Positions 29,396 through 44,005 of a stretch of 64,000 nucleotides of DNA are shown in pieces (position 1 is the first letter of the stretch; each line of letters opens with the position of its first letter). Below the pieces are notes generated by a model, which saw only the letters and a program-made list of their open reading frames with translations, did not search any database and was not told the origin of the DNA. The DNA is from Eledone cirrhosa (taxonomy: Eukaryota): contig OZ024741.1 in NCBI GenBank assembly GCA_964016885.1, positions 282,782,001 through 282,846,000 on the forward strand, written 5' to 3'. The position numbers were made by a program, and so were the translations under genes.

Positions 29396-30830
29396 AAAGG
29401 CTGATGAATGTGGAGAATGAGTGGGAGGAAAGGAGATTCCAAACTGACCCAACAGAATGACCTGCTATCGAAATTGCTAGTTATAACAATTAAGGAGTGA
29501 TAGTTGCCGAGATCCTGAAAGCATCTGGAGTAGTAGGAGCTGAATAATCAGGTAATACAGGAGCGGGTCATAACTAATGACTGGTGCAGCAGTATAATCA
29601 TTAATTTCTACAAGGGAAACAGTGATATGCTAGAAAGGAACATATACAAGTGCATAAAACTAATGAACAAAGTTATAAAAATGACAAAGAGTTCTAGCAA
29701 AACTAATTAGGGAAAGAGTCAAATTAGATGAGATGCAGTACGGTTTTGTGCCATGAAGGAGTACTACAGATACCCCCAATTTAGTGAGACAACTACAAGA
29801 GACGTTCCTAGCTAAGAGTAAGCCTCTATATCTAGCATTTGTTGATTTTGAGAGAACCTTAATTTATCAGGTGTAGAAGAATGGCTTGTGAGAGCAGTGC
29901 AAGCTTTGTACAGAGGAGTTGTCAATAAAACGAGAGCAGGAAGTGAGTTTAGTTAGGAGTTCAAGGTACAGGTAGAAGTGCACCAGGGCTTAGTCTTCAG
30001 CCCACTTCTGTTTATTATAGTCCTTTAAGCCATAACAGAGCAGTTTATGACAGGTTGTTCATGGGAACTTCTATATGCTGATGTGTTGGTTCTTATAGCT
30101 GAATCTGTGAAAGAACTAGAGAATGAATTACAATTGTGAAAACAGAACTTAGAATCAAAAGGACAGAGTAAACTTAGCAAAAAACCAAAGTACTAATAAG
30201 TAGGAAAGAAGACAGGGCTCTGATCTCATCATAGAAGTCGCCTTGCTCAATATGTAGAAATCTATACAATGTACAAATGCAAATCATGGGTACACAAGAG
30301 GGGTAGCAGGGTAAGAGGCAGGCCAACAGGAAAGGAAAACTTTGAATGTAGTAGATTCAGGGAAAATTGAGTGAGAGTATCAGTGATATTATCCTTTTCC
30401 AATCACAGGTAGGTTCCATAGAAGTGGTTGATAGCTTCTATCTAGGTGATCTAATTAGCAGTGAAGGAAGGTACTCCGAGAGCATAGTAGCTAGAATATG
30501 GATAGGATAGAAGAAGTTTAGAGAGCTACAACCTTTGTTGACTGCAGAGGTTATGCAAAAGCTGGAGAGAAATGAAGCAAACATGTTAATGAGTATGAAC
30601 AACAAAGCATGGATGAAGTGAGAAAGAAATTGGGCATGATAGGAATCAGATGTAGTGTGCAGGAGAGAAATCTATGCTGGTACAGACATGTGACGTACAT
30701 GTATAATTATCCCAATGGAAGGACACCATGGTAGAGGAAGACATGGGGGCTGATCTTAAATCACTGAAGCTCACAGAGATGACGAAGGACAGTGATGCAT
30801 GGAGAAATGCTGTGCTGAAAAGACCTGTCT
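29395..30830 (+). mobile_element. Degenerate RTE-1 LINE
   Basis: NDWCSSII..YKG, DEMQYGF, PLYLAFVD, VHQG.V.SPLLF, WELLYADV; homologous to 17310-19095. Confidence 0.82.
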
Positions 30831-30833
30831 AAA

Positions 30834-30871
<38 letters not shown>

Positions 30872-31429
30872 GGTAGTATGATGAAATGCTAGTGTAGGTA
30901 TCAAATCAAGCACTCTATGCACAGGCAGAATGTATATAACAGAAAAAAACGAGGAAGTTTTGTTTACATATGAAAAATATTTATCGCGTATTGACCTGTT
31001 ACGCGCGTTTCACAGAGGATTGGCTCAAGGTGACCCATATATATGTATATATAGATAGATCTAGAGGTGTATATATATATATGTATATATGTATCTATAT
31101 ATGTATGTAAAAGGTAAACAGAAATAACAAAACAAACAGTACAGTATATGGAAGGAAAATATTAGTTTAACGCTTGAAATAGCAGGAAGAGGGTCTTAAC
31201 GTTTTACAATATTTTTCTGGCAATATGAGAACAACATGACCCTCCCCAGTCCCTAGATATAATGTTTCAACACACAATTTCATATCAAAAACCTTACAAA
31301 ACAAATACATTGCCAATATGTACATGTGTGTTGTGTGTATATATATATGTACGGATGTAAACTAATGTGTCTGTGAGCACATGAATATATGTATATGTAT
31401 GTGTGCGTGCGTATATATATATATATGTA

Positions 31430-31472
<43 letters not shown>

Positions 31473-31809
31473 ATATGTGTGTTTATGTATGTATGTATAT
31501 ATACATATTTATGTGTATATATATATATACATGAGTATGTAAGAATATATATGTGTGTGTCTGTATGTATGCATATATATATATATATATGTATTCTATT
31601 GGCTAAGGATAACCTTTTAACTAGTAATAATGCATAGTTATAAAATCAATGCTATAATTTCATTCACACCCTATCTCAACAATAGCCACTCTGTTTTTAT
31701 GAGAAGTTTTGGGTATTTTGCTTGCTCTGTATATTTTAAGTATGTATTGAGAACCTTATTGACATAATTAATCCATCACGAGAAATTGGTTTTTATTTGC
31801 ACGTACCTA

Positions 31810-32130
31810 TCTATCTATCTATATACTACTAAAACTCTGTGATTGCTTGCTTGCTTATCTGAAATGTAATACAGCAAAAAGGCCGCATAATGGGAAAATA
31901 CTTTGAAAGGAAGTTGACCCTGAAATGGGAATACAAATGGAATAAAACAAGTTTCGCATAAATCAAAGCACGAGTTCCCGAGATTTGGGGTTTTTCCGGG
32001 TACCTTCATAAACAGAGAGAGAGGGGGGGGGGGGGAAGAGATAGTGGTTGTGAGAGAGTAGATTGAAAGAGAGACATAGAGGGAGGGCGAGGAGACAGGA
32101 GAATGGAAGAGAGAGAGCTGGTATTGTTGT

Positions 32131-32197
<67 letters not shown>

Positions 32198-32234
32198 CTA
32201 TGACCAGTGTATATAGATCACAGACACCGCACAC

Positions 32235-32282
<48 letters not shown>

Positions 32283-32439
32283 GTATACACACACACACAT
32301 TTATATATATATACATACGCTTACGTATGTATATGGGCCTTCCAGTTTCATTTCACATTATATGCATGTCTGTGTATATTTTAATTATTTAAAAATTATT
32401 TTGAAGTGAACATGACCCAACGGGTCACGAGTGGACTAG
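31810..32439 (+). mobile_element. Non-autonomous Helitron
   Basis: 5' TC(TATATA) start; 3' hairpin TGACCCAACGGGTCA followed by CTAG|T. Confidence 0.6.
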
Positions 32440-32920
32440 TTTGTATATATAATTGTTGGTAAAAATGTAGATATATTTTGCTTTTGTGTCTATGTCTATA
32501 TATGTATTAATAGTGTATTATTATAAAATCTAAATGCACATATGAATATATGTATATATAAATAGTATGCACCACCTAACTCCACCCATTCCCATACATC
32601 TCCCATGAGGACAGTCTGAAGCATACATCCAGTGAAGCCTCCAGCCCTCACTGCAAAGTGGTCGTGATGGCGACAGAGCAAAAGAAGCACCCAGCGGTCT
32701 CTCTAAAGTGGTCGAGTAGGTGTCATGGCAAAAAGTACCCAGACTACACGGTAAAGTGGTCATATAGGCGTCACGACAAAAAGCTGTTGGTTTCCAGTTT
32801 AGTCGCCAACCACGAAACAGGTTGTACTGAGCTACATGGTATCAGTAGCAGGTAGCGACCTGACCTGACGTTGATATATATATATATTGATCTAAACCCT
32901 TATTATTAAAGTAGAAACAT

Positions 32921-33975
32921 TTTTGACGCATAGAGTTACGGCCCTTGACATTCTGAGTTCAAATTCCGCCGAGGTTAACTTTGCTTTTCATCCTTACGGG
33001 GTCGATAAAATAAAGTACCAGTAATGCACTGAGTAATTGCTGGCCTTGTGCCAAAAAGTAGAAACAATTATTATAATATGTATAAAACAAATTAAGGTGA
33101 CAGATAAAAGTTCTTGAAGCATTTAATTCTTTACAATTGTTTCGACACAAATCTCAATAAAATACATAGCTAGGATAGACAAAATGTAATCAATAACAAC
33201 AACAATAATGATTTCTAATAGGCCAACAATTTTTGGGAGGGCAAAGTTGATTAAATCGATTCCAGTGCATTACTGGTATTTTATTTTATCGCCCCTGTAA
33301 AGATGAAAGGTAAAGTTAACCTCAGCGGGATTTGAAATCAGAACGCAAAGAGCCGTAACTCTATGCCATGAAGCATGTTGTCCGACGCTCTACTGATACT
33401 GCCAACCCACCACCCTTAATACAGACATAAGGAAGAATACATATATTTTCACCTAGGATGTATAATGAGAGTTGTATCTCATTAGAAGAAATTAATGAAT
33501 CAATGTCATAGATAGGTCCATGAAAACCAGTGCAGAAAATAGAACATGTTGCTCTGACATATCTATGACATTGTTTCATGAATTTCTTCTGATGAAATAC
33601 AACTTTCATTATATATGCTAAGTGAAAATATATGTATTCTTCTTTGTTTGTAATATTATTAGTTACGTCTCATTACATTCTGAGTTCAAATAACGCCAAG
33701 GTTCGCTTTGCTTTTCATTCTTACGGGGTTGATAAAATGAAGTACCAGTCATGCACTGGAGTCAATATAATCGACTTTCCTCTCTTCCAAAATTGTTGGC
33801 CTTGTGCCTAAATCAGAAACCATCTAAGTTCAAATCCCGCTCAGGTTAACTTTGCCTTTCATCTTTGCCGGGTTGATAAAGTAAAGTAGAAATAACACAC
33901 TGGGGTTAATTTAATCGACTTTCTCCTTACCCCCAAATTGATGGCCTTGTGCCTAGATTGGAAACCGTTATTATT
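32921..33975. mobile_element. Cluster of four SINE family B copies in mixed orientation
   Basis: Copies at about 32921-33070(+), 33210-33415(-), 33660-33825(+), 33825-33970(+). Confidence 0.8.
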
Positions 33976-34042
33976 ATTAATTACCTTCTGTCTATCCTAT
34001 GTATTTCAGATGTGTGTTGGAACAGTTGTATAGAATTAAATG

Positions 34043-34073
<31 letters not shown>

Positions 34074-37000
34074 GAGAGAGAGAGAGATCAGGAATGTACC
34101 AGTTTTAAACTAGTAAGACCATTATTCAGCAGAGTATTCGATACTCGGAAAGTAGAGTGTAAATATAGTAGAGAGCCAGGGCCCGCCGGTTGAGCTCTTG
34201 CTGTTTCGATAGCAAATTCCCGACTGTATGTAGGCATGCGTGTACGTGATAAATAAAGGGTAAAAATATATTTCACGCAAAATTAGTCGATAGAATTGCT
34301 GCCTCCACGTTACGTATGTTTGAAATGACTAAATCTTTCAATTTTATAGAGAACATCGATTAGTTTGGCTTGTTAAGTATTCGACAATGAAATAAGATAT
34401 GAATGTGAAGAAAAGCAAAGATGAATTTCTTAATCATTGAATGTATATTTCTATTTACAATTGATTGATGTAGCTAAAAACGGTTAGTGAATTCTTTATC
34501 GTATGATTAATATTAAGTTATAGTGTCTGTATATAAAGACAGCCATATAGCAACATACTTTTTTTGATTACGTCAACTAAGATATGCAAGAATAAGTATG
34601 TGACTATAGATTTTATAGTTGTGTATAACATTCTTACGCGTGCTTATGTTAAAATGTGGACTAGATATGTCGGATTGAAAGGGAAGGAGAGGTAAAAGTC
34701 TGCAGCACATATTTTACTTTCCTCCTTTTCTGAAGAGTGTAGCTACAAACCAAACCACGTTCTCATATAAGTTGATTAGCAACTAGCAAAAAAGAGAAAT
34801 TACAATGATTTCATTTGTAAATAAGATTTGTGTTATAAACATGTCTGTTAAAAATTCCTTTAATATAAATTGGCTTGTATTTCATATGATCATGTATATA
34901 TTATATAGAAATTTAAATCTCTCACTCATAATCTTTATTACTGAAACTACTTCACATAGCACACAAGGTAGTCAATTATGCATATTTAGTCAATAGATTA
35001 CAATAATGGGATTGCTATTGAATATTTGAATGAATAAACACAGTTATTCGATTGGTAGGTTACGCTCGAAAGGTAATGATTTATTCGTAGTGAAAATATG
35101 AAAATTAAAAGAAATTATATGAATTTTTTTCTTCATGGAAAACTACTAAGCATGCGTCGTAAATTATACTGCAACAAAAGGAAACAGAAAAAAGTAAATT
35201 AAAATAAGATATGACGAATAAAAATATAAAACTGCATATATCAATACACTAGACAGTAAAACAAACGTGAAAGAGGTCATAACAAAATTGGCGATTATTT
35301 TCAGGTTACACCGAATAAGTTTTGTCGTTTTATGGTTAACAATGTACATGTTAAAAAGGTGCTTTTTTTTTTACCAAACCATTATCTAATTTACACTCAG
35401 AACGGAAGTATGATTGTGAAGCCAAATATAATGCCGACAGCAAAAGCTTTCACTGATTTTAAATAAAAAAAAAAATTCAAGTTATAAAAATTTAACCGTG
35501 CATAACTTAAATGAGATAAAAATTATTTTTAAATGTTTCATTTATTGTATGAAAAGCTATTGAACAATATTAACGAAATAGAATATCAGCTTGATCTCTT
35601 TTAATATCTTACCGACTTTTAACTTAGTAACAATGCATCTGCTGTATTAGGGAAATGCCTACATTTCAATTCATTTGTCAAAACTATATTTTCTACGGCA
35701 TCGATATAACACAGAATTCATCTAAACAAACCGTTAGTAAATTTTACTGTTATTACAAGACTTACTTTTTCAAATGTTTCAAAATTGTGTGCAGTTTGCT
35801 TTAAACTCGTTATATAGTTCATAAAGACTACAATACATATCTTTTTTTTTTCTTCATCAACATTTTCCATTTTTGACTGTATGGTGGAAATATGGAAAAT
35901 ATTAATACATTCTTATTGTTTTGCTATTTCTAATAAAATAAATAAATGATAACCATTAATTTTGACAAATGAATTCTAATGAAATTGATTTTTACTAACA
36001 ACTTATTATATTCTAAGTAAAGGGAGGTAACTGGAACAATCTAAATTTTACAGATACTAAAAATCTGAGGGAAAATATCTTGAAGCATATTTGACAGGTC
36101 ACTTGTAAATTGAATGATTTAATAATACAGATTTACTCATAAGAAGAAATAGAATTAACAAATAAAGTCTTACGTTCGTGCAGTTGGTTATGAAAGAAGG
36201 TATGTAGCTTAATTAAAGCGAAGTGAAAGGAATACGCATCTATAATTCAGGTTGCGAGACCAGTGAAAACGCGTGATACACCCTCCTTTCTGAGCAGAGT
36301 GGAGCAAAGAAAGTGAAGAAATTGTGGAAGAGGAAGATATGTAGTAACCTTTAGTTCACTACGCCTGTTTTTAATTCAATCTATCATTCTTTGTTTTTCT
36401 TCTTTTTATTTAGATTTATACAAACCTCGAAGCGAGAAAGCATAGTGAATTTAAACGACATTTGTTCTGTTACTATATTCAACGGTAATCCGTTCTCTGT
36501 AGCTAATTGAATGATAGGAGTACATTCACAGATATTCAGTTAGATTTAGCAATTTCGATATGAAAAGAGTACCAGCATATTTCCTGCCTTTCAGCCTCTC
36601 TTTCGTCTTTGTTAATCCATAATTGATTTATAGCAAGAAAAAGGAAATGTTCGTAATCTTAGGCCTTACAACTCTAAACATTACATCTAATGGTAGCACA
36701 AACACATTTTTGGTGGGGGTGTTATTTGTCTTATTTTTCTAGATTTTGTTTATCTCTTAATTTGATTTTCATTTGTATTTCGAATATCGTATTATAAACA
36801 GTTTTATTACCGAATAAAATATGAAGTGTATGGAGAAGAACTACAGAAAATATTAATATGATGTTTTGATGTTTATATATATGTGTTGTGTGTGAATCAC
36901 GTATATATACACACGCACACACACTCATATATATATCGGAAAGCGAGGAAAATACAGTAAGACATATTTGAAAAAGAGATGACTTCAGTGATGGTTGGTA

Positions 37001-37327
37001 TGTTTTAAGAATCCAATGTTTTATAAAGAGACATTTTTGTTATTGCGCGTGTGTGTGTATGTGTCCATAATATATATATAAATATGTTACCCCCCCCCCC
37101 CCCCAGTCATGTAAAGCGATTGCAGCAATCTGGGGAAGGAATCTTAAAAGTTAGAGAAGAAACACGCACACAAACAAACAAAACTAAACAAAGGAATGAA
37201 AGAAGAAAAAAACATAATGCGGAACTACTTGAAAGTAAAGAATAAAAAAAATCATAGCCGGTTGACACACGTATATAAATGTTTTTGGACGTTATTTGTA
37301 AGTCAGTGAAGCGAAATATTTGTGGAA

Positions 37328-37359
<32 letters not shown>

Positions 37360-37649
37360 CGAATAAAGAAAACTACGCTTAGCTCCCATTCATTGGACAA
37401 TTGTGTATTGAAATGGAACAAAAATTTAGATTTTCATTAAAATTTACAATACGTAAGTTACTTAGTCGTTTGAAGATCATGTAAAGCTATTTAGAAATTT
37501 TCGTATACGCTATTTTTTTTTTCGTTTAAGATTATACATATACGACGCATGCTGCAGTCACCAAAACAATACAATGCAATCCGTAGAAAGCATAGCCTTG
37601 AAAATAAACATAAAATGTTACAGTGATGTTGAGGATGTATGCATACATA

Positions 37650-38041
37650 ATTGTTTCTATTTTAGGCACAAGGCCAGCAATTACTCAGTGCATTACTGGT
37701 ACTTTATTTTATCGACCCCGTAAGGATGAAAGGCAAAGTCAACCTCGGCGGGATTTGAATTCAGATCGTAAAGGGACGTAACTATGCTGGAAAGCATGGC
37801 GTCCGACCCTCTACCGATACTGCCAATCCACCGCCCTTCTATACATACATAATATGGAAGAAGAGTGCTTTTGGAATGTTCCAGTCAAAAGCTCAATAAA
37901 ATGCAAACATAATAGACCAGACATAATTGTTTCTACTTTTGGCACAAGGTCAGCAAATACCCAGTGTATTACTGGTACTTTATTTTATCGACCCCGTAAG
38001 GATGAAAGGCAAAGTTAACCTCGAAGGGATTTGAACTCAGA
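37650..38041 (-). mobile_element. Two SINE family B copies
   Basis: 37650-37836 is full length; 37925-38041 is 5'-truncated. Confidence 0.8.
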
Positions 38042-38822
38042 ATAGACCAGACATAATGATGTGAGGCTGAGAAAAGAAGGCAAGCACCGTTGTGGAAATC
38101 AGCTGCCCAACAGATGTCAATATATTGCTAAAGATTAACGAAAAGGAGAACACTTATGTTGAACTAATGAGGAATCTGTAGACATGGCCGGATTTATGGG
38201 GGTGGGGGTGGTTGCTCTTCCCCCTCATCACACAGGGTCCCTTTCTCCTAACAGGAGCCCTTCTTCGAGCAGCCGCTCCACTTAAAACAGAGTTCCTGTC
38301 ACGTTTTAGGAAACAATATTTCTTCTAGACAGTATGTTTTTCAAAATGTAATTGATGTAGCTTTTGTGCAAATTTATCAACATTTCTTTACTTTAGCGAC
38401 ACCAGTTGGCAAAACTAGAGGAAGCTCCTATATGAGTACATGTATAGTTTATCTATGATGGTACTTAATGTATGTATATGTGTGTGTGTGGTTATATGTT
38501 TGTGCGTGTGTATACAAAATGACTCGCACACACACACACACACACACAACAAACAAGCGTATTTACTCAATGGATGTTATCTAAATTCCATAAAATAGTT
38601 TTGTGTCTATGTTGGTGGAAATATATAAAACAATAAAAGCAGAAGAACATACATATTTACAACGCACACATACATACATATATAAATGATGGCTGCCCCC
38701 TCGTTATCGAGTATGGCCATTGCACGAGAGAAAAACCCCATAATAATAACAATAATAATAATAACAACAACAATAATAACGACAACAATAATAACGACAA
38801 CAACAATAATAATATACATATA

Positions 38823-38897
<75 letters not shown>

Positions 38898-38944
38898 TTA
38901 AAACAATGAAATAAAAATTAAAGTCATTAGGGATATACTTCACT

Positions 38945-39078
38945 GCTTTACGATCGTTTCTAGGTGATACTAATACATCGTACGCATATTTCGTTATCGA
39001 TCTATGTAAGGATAGTTACAAAATATCAAATAAGGAATATATTTACCTACATATATATCGTCAGCCGTTGTCAAAAGC
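38945..39078 (-). ncRNA. Decayed long-stem-II hammerhead (family of 4589-4730)
   Basis: Minus strand: GCTT-TTGACAA-cgg...cta-GAAAC-GATC-GTA-AAGC. Confidence 0.45.
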
Positions 39079-39289
39079 AATGAAAATTTTATTCAAAATC
39101 AATAGTAAATTGGGTTCTATGACCTTATTTGGAGGTAGCTGAAGAACAAACCAATCAAATGGTGTTTTGCCATATGATGTTAAGACGAAATATAACTCAC
39201 TTTAGTTAAGGTCATGACCTTTTGAGACTAGACCCCACAACTAACCGTGGATATTGCTATGTGTATATTTATATATATATATATATATA

Positions 39290-41575
39290 TCGAATGTGGC
39301 TTTTTAGCCCAGCCTATGATCTAAAATGTCTTGCACAGAGTTGGCAATCAAAACATTCACTAGGAATAGCCGGCTGTGGTTGGAGTTTATGTACTTTTGC
39401 ATGTCGTTTGAGCCCTCCTACTGATTTACATTCTCTACCACATGCTTGGCAAGCATGATGAGTAGCATCTCCAACAGCAGCCTGGTAGTCAACCACTGGT
39501 CTCACTTTATGACTGCGAAGATGACTTTCGAGTCCACCTTTGCTTAGGCAGAGTCTCGCACAGACGCTGCATGTCAGCGCCATAGGAGGACCTTCGCCAT
39601 CTGGAAATGCAACAGGAATGCCCTTCCTCACATCCCGCTTTACTTTCTCGTATGCGATTCGAGATGCCTCAAAGGCAACTTTCCCCTCATATACAGTCTT
39701 TCTCCATTTATTACGATCAGCAGCAACATTTTCCCATGTCTCAACAGAGATGTTAGCGTCTTTCAAAGCGGCTTTCAAGGAATCCTTATACCTCTTTTTT
39801 GGTTTTTGTGGAGGTCATTTTCTTTTAACTAACTCTCCATAAATGAGTTGTTTTGGTGTTCTAGAATCCTTCATCCTGGCAAGGTGACCACTCCAACGGA
39901 GTCATTGCTTAAGCACAAGAGCTTCTATACTGTCACACAGAGAGCTTTCCAAATCACTCATGTGGTCCCTCCAGTGAACGCCATAGATCCGTCTGAGACA
40001 CATCTGATGGAAACGCTCCAATTGCTTAAGGTGGTGTCGATGTGTGACCCAGGTCTTGCAGACATAAAGAAGAGAAGAGATCACACATGCCTTGTACACC
40101 TTTACCTTTGTCTTCTTGCATATGTCTCGCCGTCCTCAGAGTCGCCTTTCTAGCTTTCCGAAAGCATCACTTGCTTCCCTAATCCTGAGTGGGATTTCAT
40201 TATCAAAGTTGCTGTATCGATTGACAGTGCTTCCCAGGTAGACAAACTGATCAACCACGCCAAGATATTTGGTTCACTGTACTGCTTACCAGGGGCAGGT
40301 TGGTACATAACGACGGTTTTCTTGAGACTGATAGTCAATCCTAGGGCAGTGCAAGCATCTGAAAATGCATTCAAAATGTGGAGCATATCACTCTCTGTGT
40401 GCGCTACAAGATTGCAATTATCTGCATGCAAGAGGTCTCTTATGATTGATGTAAATACTTTTGTTTTTGCAGCAAAGCGCCTGATGTTAAATATGCTACT
40501 TGAGGTTCGATATGGGATGTAAACACCATGCTCGCAATTCCTGAATGCAATATAGAAAACCATTGCAAAGTATATGGCATTGTTTCACATTTTTTACTGA
40601 GATAGGCTCCGACATGTTACCTCCGACATTAACCCAAGCCTTTATGTCGTCATGGAAAGACCTAACTAAAGCAAGGAACTTATCAGAGCAACCAAGTTTC
40701 TGGAGAACCTTCCATAATGCATTTCTGTTAACAGTATCGAAAGCTTTTGTCAGATCGACAAAAACCTGATACAGATCCAAACCTTGTTCTATGCACTTCT
40801 CCTGGAGCTGTCTAGCTGAGAAGATCATATCAGTAGTGCCGCGTCCAGCACGAAAACTAGATTGACTTTCAGGAAGAACACAATCTGAAATGTGTGTCAA
40901 CAGACGGTCCAGAAGCACCCTACATAAAACTTTCCCTACGACAGAAAGCAATGATATACCTCTGTAGTTCCCACAGTCATTCCTGTTACCCTTTCCCTTG
41001 TACAAGACCACCATTACTGCATCTCTCCAGTCCTCAGGTACGGATTCATTAGCCCATATCCTGCCAAACAAAGAGTGAAGATGTTGCAGAAGTCTCTCAC
41101 CACCATATTGTAGGAGCTCTGCATGTATGCCATCCATACCTGGAGACCTTCCACTGTTCAGCTTCGAGATAGCCACTGCAACCTCCACAAGCGTTGGAGG
41201 TTCTGCGAGAGATACTTTCACAGGACTTTCTGGAATGAGATTGAGGAAATCTTCATTGACGAAAGACGGCTGATTCAAAAGCTCATGAAAGTGCTCTCGC
41301 CACCTTCGTAGAATTCCTTGTGAGTCACGAAGAAGTTCTTTGCCATCCTTGCTGCGAGGCGGTGTCACCAGAGAAGAAGACGTCCATAAACTTCACGCAA
41401 GAGACTGTACAACTGCTTTGTGTTATTGGAATCTGACGCAGTTTGTATCTCATCAGCCTTCCCACTTCACCCCTGATCCTTAATCTGAGAAAGACTCCGC
41501 CTAACACGTGATTTCACATCCTTGAGTTCCTTATGCAACATATTCTTCTCCTGTGGTTTTGCCGTCAAGTAGCGT
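39290..41575 (-). mobile_element. RTE/BovB-like LINE, frameshifted, with three C-terminal C2H2 fingers
   Basis: SPGMDGIHAELL, YKGKG.R.DCGNYRGISLLS, FRAGRGTTDMIF..RQLQEKC, FVDLTKAFDTV, LLHADN; fingers CSVC..H..H, CQAC..H..H, CQLC..KSHIR. Confidence 0.92.
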
Positions 41576-41577
41576 GA

Positions 41578-41753
41578 CAGATAAAATACGAAGTGTGTTT
41601 TATAAATGTTGACATAGCCAAGGAAAATATACCTTAACGGTTCAAGTTTTCCTTGGATAGTCAAGGAAAACTATCCAAGGAAAGCTTGAACCGTTAAGGT
41701 ATATTTTCCTTGGTTATGTCAAAATTTATAAAACACACTTCGTATTTTATCTG
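41578..41753. repeat. Fold-back palindrome (84-bp arms, 8-nt loop) ending inside a hammerhead core
   Basis: 41578-41661 is the reverse complement of 41670-41753 with few mismatches; the arm ends at CTG of CTGATGA. Confidence 0.9.
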
Positions 41754-41803
41754 ATGATAGCGTACCAAAGTTTTGGTACCCTTGAAATATATATAATAGA
41801 ATA
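41743..41803 (+). ncRNA. Type I hammerhead, intact core
   Basis: TATTTTAT-CTGATGA-tagcGTACCaaagttttGGTACcctt-GAAA-T-ATAT-ATA-ATAGAATA (8-bp stem I). Confidence 0.8.
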
Positions 41804-41831
41804 AATATAGTTTCCATTTATTTAATATCTT

Positions 41832-41864
<33 letters not shown>

Positions 41865-41872
<8 letters not shown>

Positions 41873-42218
41873 ATACTTTGGGAGGGTCATGTTGCCAATA
41901 AGGAACACACGCACCAGTTGCTTTCACTTCAATTTATTATAATAAATTTATAATAAATTTATAAATTTCTGGTTGGTTGGTTGGTTCCATAACCAGATAG
42001 TTGTTTATATATTGTCATAGTTCTTTCGTCGTCACAGAGTGTGTGACGAAAGAACTATGACAATATATAAACAACTATCTGGTTGTGGAACCAACCAACC
42101 AACCAGAAATTTATAAATTTATAAATTTATTATAAATTTATTATAATAAATTGAAGTGAAAGCAACTGGTGCGTGTGTTCCTTATTGGCAACATGACCCT
42201 CCCAAAGTATAACAATAT
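41865..42218. repeat. Fold-back palindrome of the PLE-1 pseudo-LTR tail (about 166-bp arms)
   Basis: 41865-42030 is the reverse complement of 42045-42218; near identical to 11045-11232; the axis is HHR stem II (GTCACagagtgtGTGAC). Confidence 0.92.
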
Positions 42219-43019
42219 CGGTTTCAACACACGATTTCAGATAAAGAATCTTGCTAAAGAAATTCAGAAACGAAATATATATATATAAATATATATAAAT
42301 GAAAATAGAGAAATTAATGTGAGCAAGAAGCCAACAGTAATTCATACATATAAGTGACTATTGCATCAAGATGGAAAATATTTAACGTAAGATATGGGAA
42401 AATAATTCAATCCCAATTCAAAAAAAGTCAAGACAAATTTTATCCACAGATTTTGTGTAATCCAGGGGAAAAAACCAATAGAATCTTAACTCAGAATAAA
42501 ATTAAGAGTAAATACTTATCCTTCAATTCGGAAAAATCTACAAATGCTCTATATAGTCTTAAAAAGACTATTTCACGAAACTTTTCAGTGGGGTTCTGTG
42601 GGCCCATGCTATGGTATAGTGATTGGCGGCTGTAGGAGTGACTAAAATACAGGTTCTAGTTGCGTAGTTTAGAAGGATATAGGTAGGGACACGCGAAAGG
42701 GAGGGTAGGAAAGAATGGGTGGAGCTGGTACAGATATAACACAAACACATGTACACCTCACACCAATACCAGTATACTGATATGTTAATAGGTACACATG
42801 TTGACGGATGGAAGTATAAACTTCTCCGTACTTAGGGCTATTATGCAGGTAGGAAAGATATAGTGGGGGTGTTTCTTGGGCTCTAACCTATAATATCAAC
42901 AGATATTATAGGTTAGAGCTTCGTAGAAAGGGTGCCTTTTTTCGTGTCTATTGTGTTAGAAAGAAATAATAGAAACGAAAAGTTTATAATGGAAACATTT
43001 ATAATGATGGTGAGGATAA

Positions 43020-43275
43020 GCTCAGAATGCAAGGTTGTGAATTGTGGTTATCTAGATGTTTTCCAGGGTTCTGCCAATTGTGTAGGATAAATTTAAGCTC
43101 GTTGGGACTGCGGTTGAAAAGGTCGGCCCTCGTATTAAGACATGCTTTCGTAGTATGCAGCCGCCATTCATTGTTGCATAATTTACTTGCTTTTTTGCCG
43201 TCTAAATAATGACGTGATTTTTCCAAGTTTTCCATTTAATGGAGAAGTCCGTAACTTCATGCTTGAAGGACTAGA
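43020..43275 (-). mobile_element. Degenerate 3' fragment of a family-2-like PLE
   Basis: IKW..LEKSRHY..KLCNNE..CLNTRADLF parallels IQWK..KSKPY..CGLCIDE..CLNARNEFF of 16156-16407. Confidence 0.5.
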
Positions 43276-43285
43276 CGTGACTTAC

Positions 43286-43342
<57 letters not shown>

Positions 43343-43466
43343 TCTAGACTCTCTCTTTCTCCACACACACACACTCTTGACTCTCTCCACACAGATTAAA
43401 GGTAAACGTAAAGTAGATACACATGTACTTTCAACAATTTCTTTGAGTAGAGAAAAACAAAAGTGA

Positions 43467-43513
43467 TTACCTTTATGCCTTTCTGACATTTTTGTCTCCG
43501 TATCAGAAGATAA
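43467..43513 (-). ncRNA. Decayed minimal hammerhead
   Basis: Minus strand: TTATCTT-CTGATAC-gga-GACAaaaaTGTC-a-GAAA-ggca-TA-AAGGTAA; homologous to 44119-44165. Confidence 0.5.
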
Positions 43514-43717
43514 CTACCCCTATGATTTTGTATACGGAGGAATATTACTATAGCAACGCTATATATTCCAAAAATAATGTAGAGTATAGGTAAAATTGTT
43601 AGTATAATTTGCATGACGTAATATACGTTTGGTGACGTAATTAATTCAATAATAAATATTTATATTAGCAAACAGCGCATATTTGAAGATTTTAAGGTAA
43701 GTTTAATGTAAATAATT

Positions 43718-44005
43718 GTGGAGGTGCCTGGCCTAGTAGTAAGCGTGTTGGGCTTACAATCATAATGTCGTTGGTTCGATTCCTGGACTGAATTGTGTCT
43801 TGTGTTCTTCAACAAAACACTTCATTTTAGGTTACTCCAGTATATTCAGCTGATAATGAGTACAAGCGATATCTGGGGATCTAACCCTGCGATGGACAGG
43901 CGTCCTGCCCAGGGTGGGAGTCTTGTACTTTCATTCACTTAACGCTACGAAAACCGGGATAAAGATCGACCCGATGGGTCTCCGGTCTCGAGACAGACTT
44001 TAGAC
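43718..44005 (+). mobile_element. tRNA-derived SINE, family A
   Basis: TGGCCTAGTAG (A box), GGTTCGATTCC (B box); body matches the reverse complement of 2128-2400. Confidence 0.8.

Noticed and set aside
36168-36350. Possible minus-strand host exon ending at a GTAAG donor
   Set aside because: No ORF or partner exon can be supported from sequence alone.
42880-42919. Perfect 18-bp-arm hairpin downstream of a PLE fragment
   Set aside because: Could be an HHR stem II, but the flanking core boxes do not fit; left uncalled.
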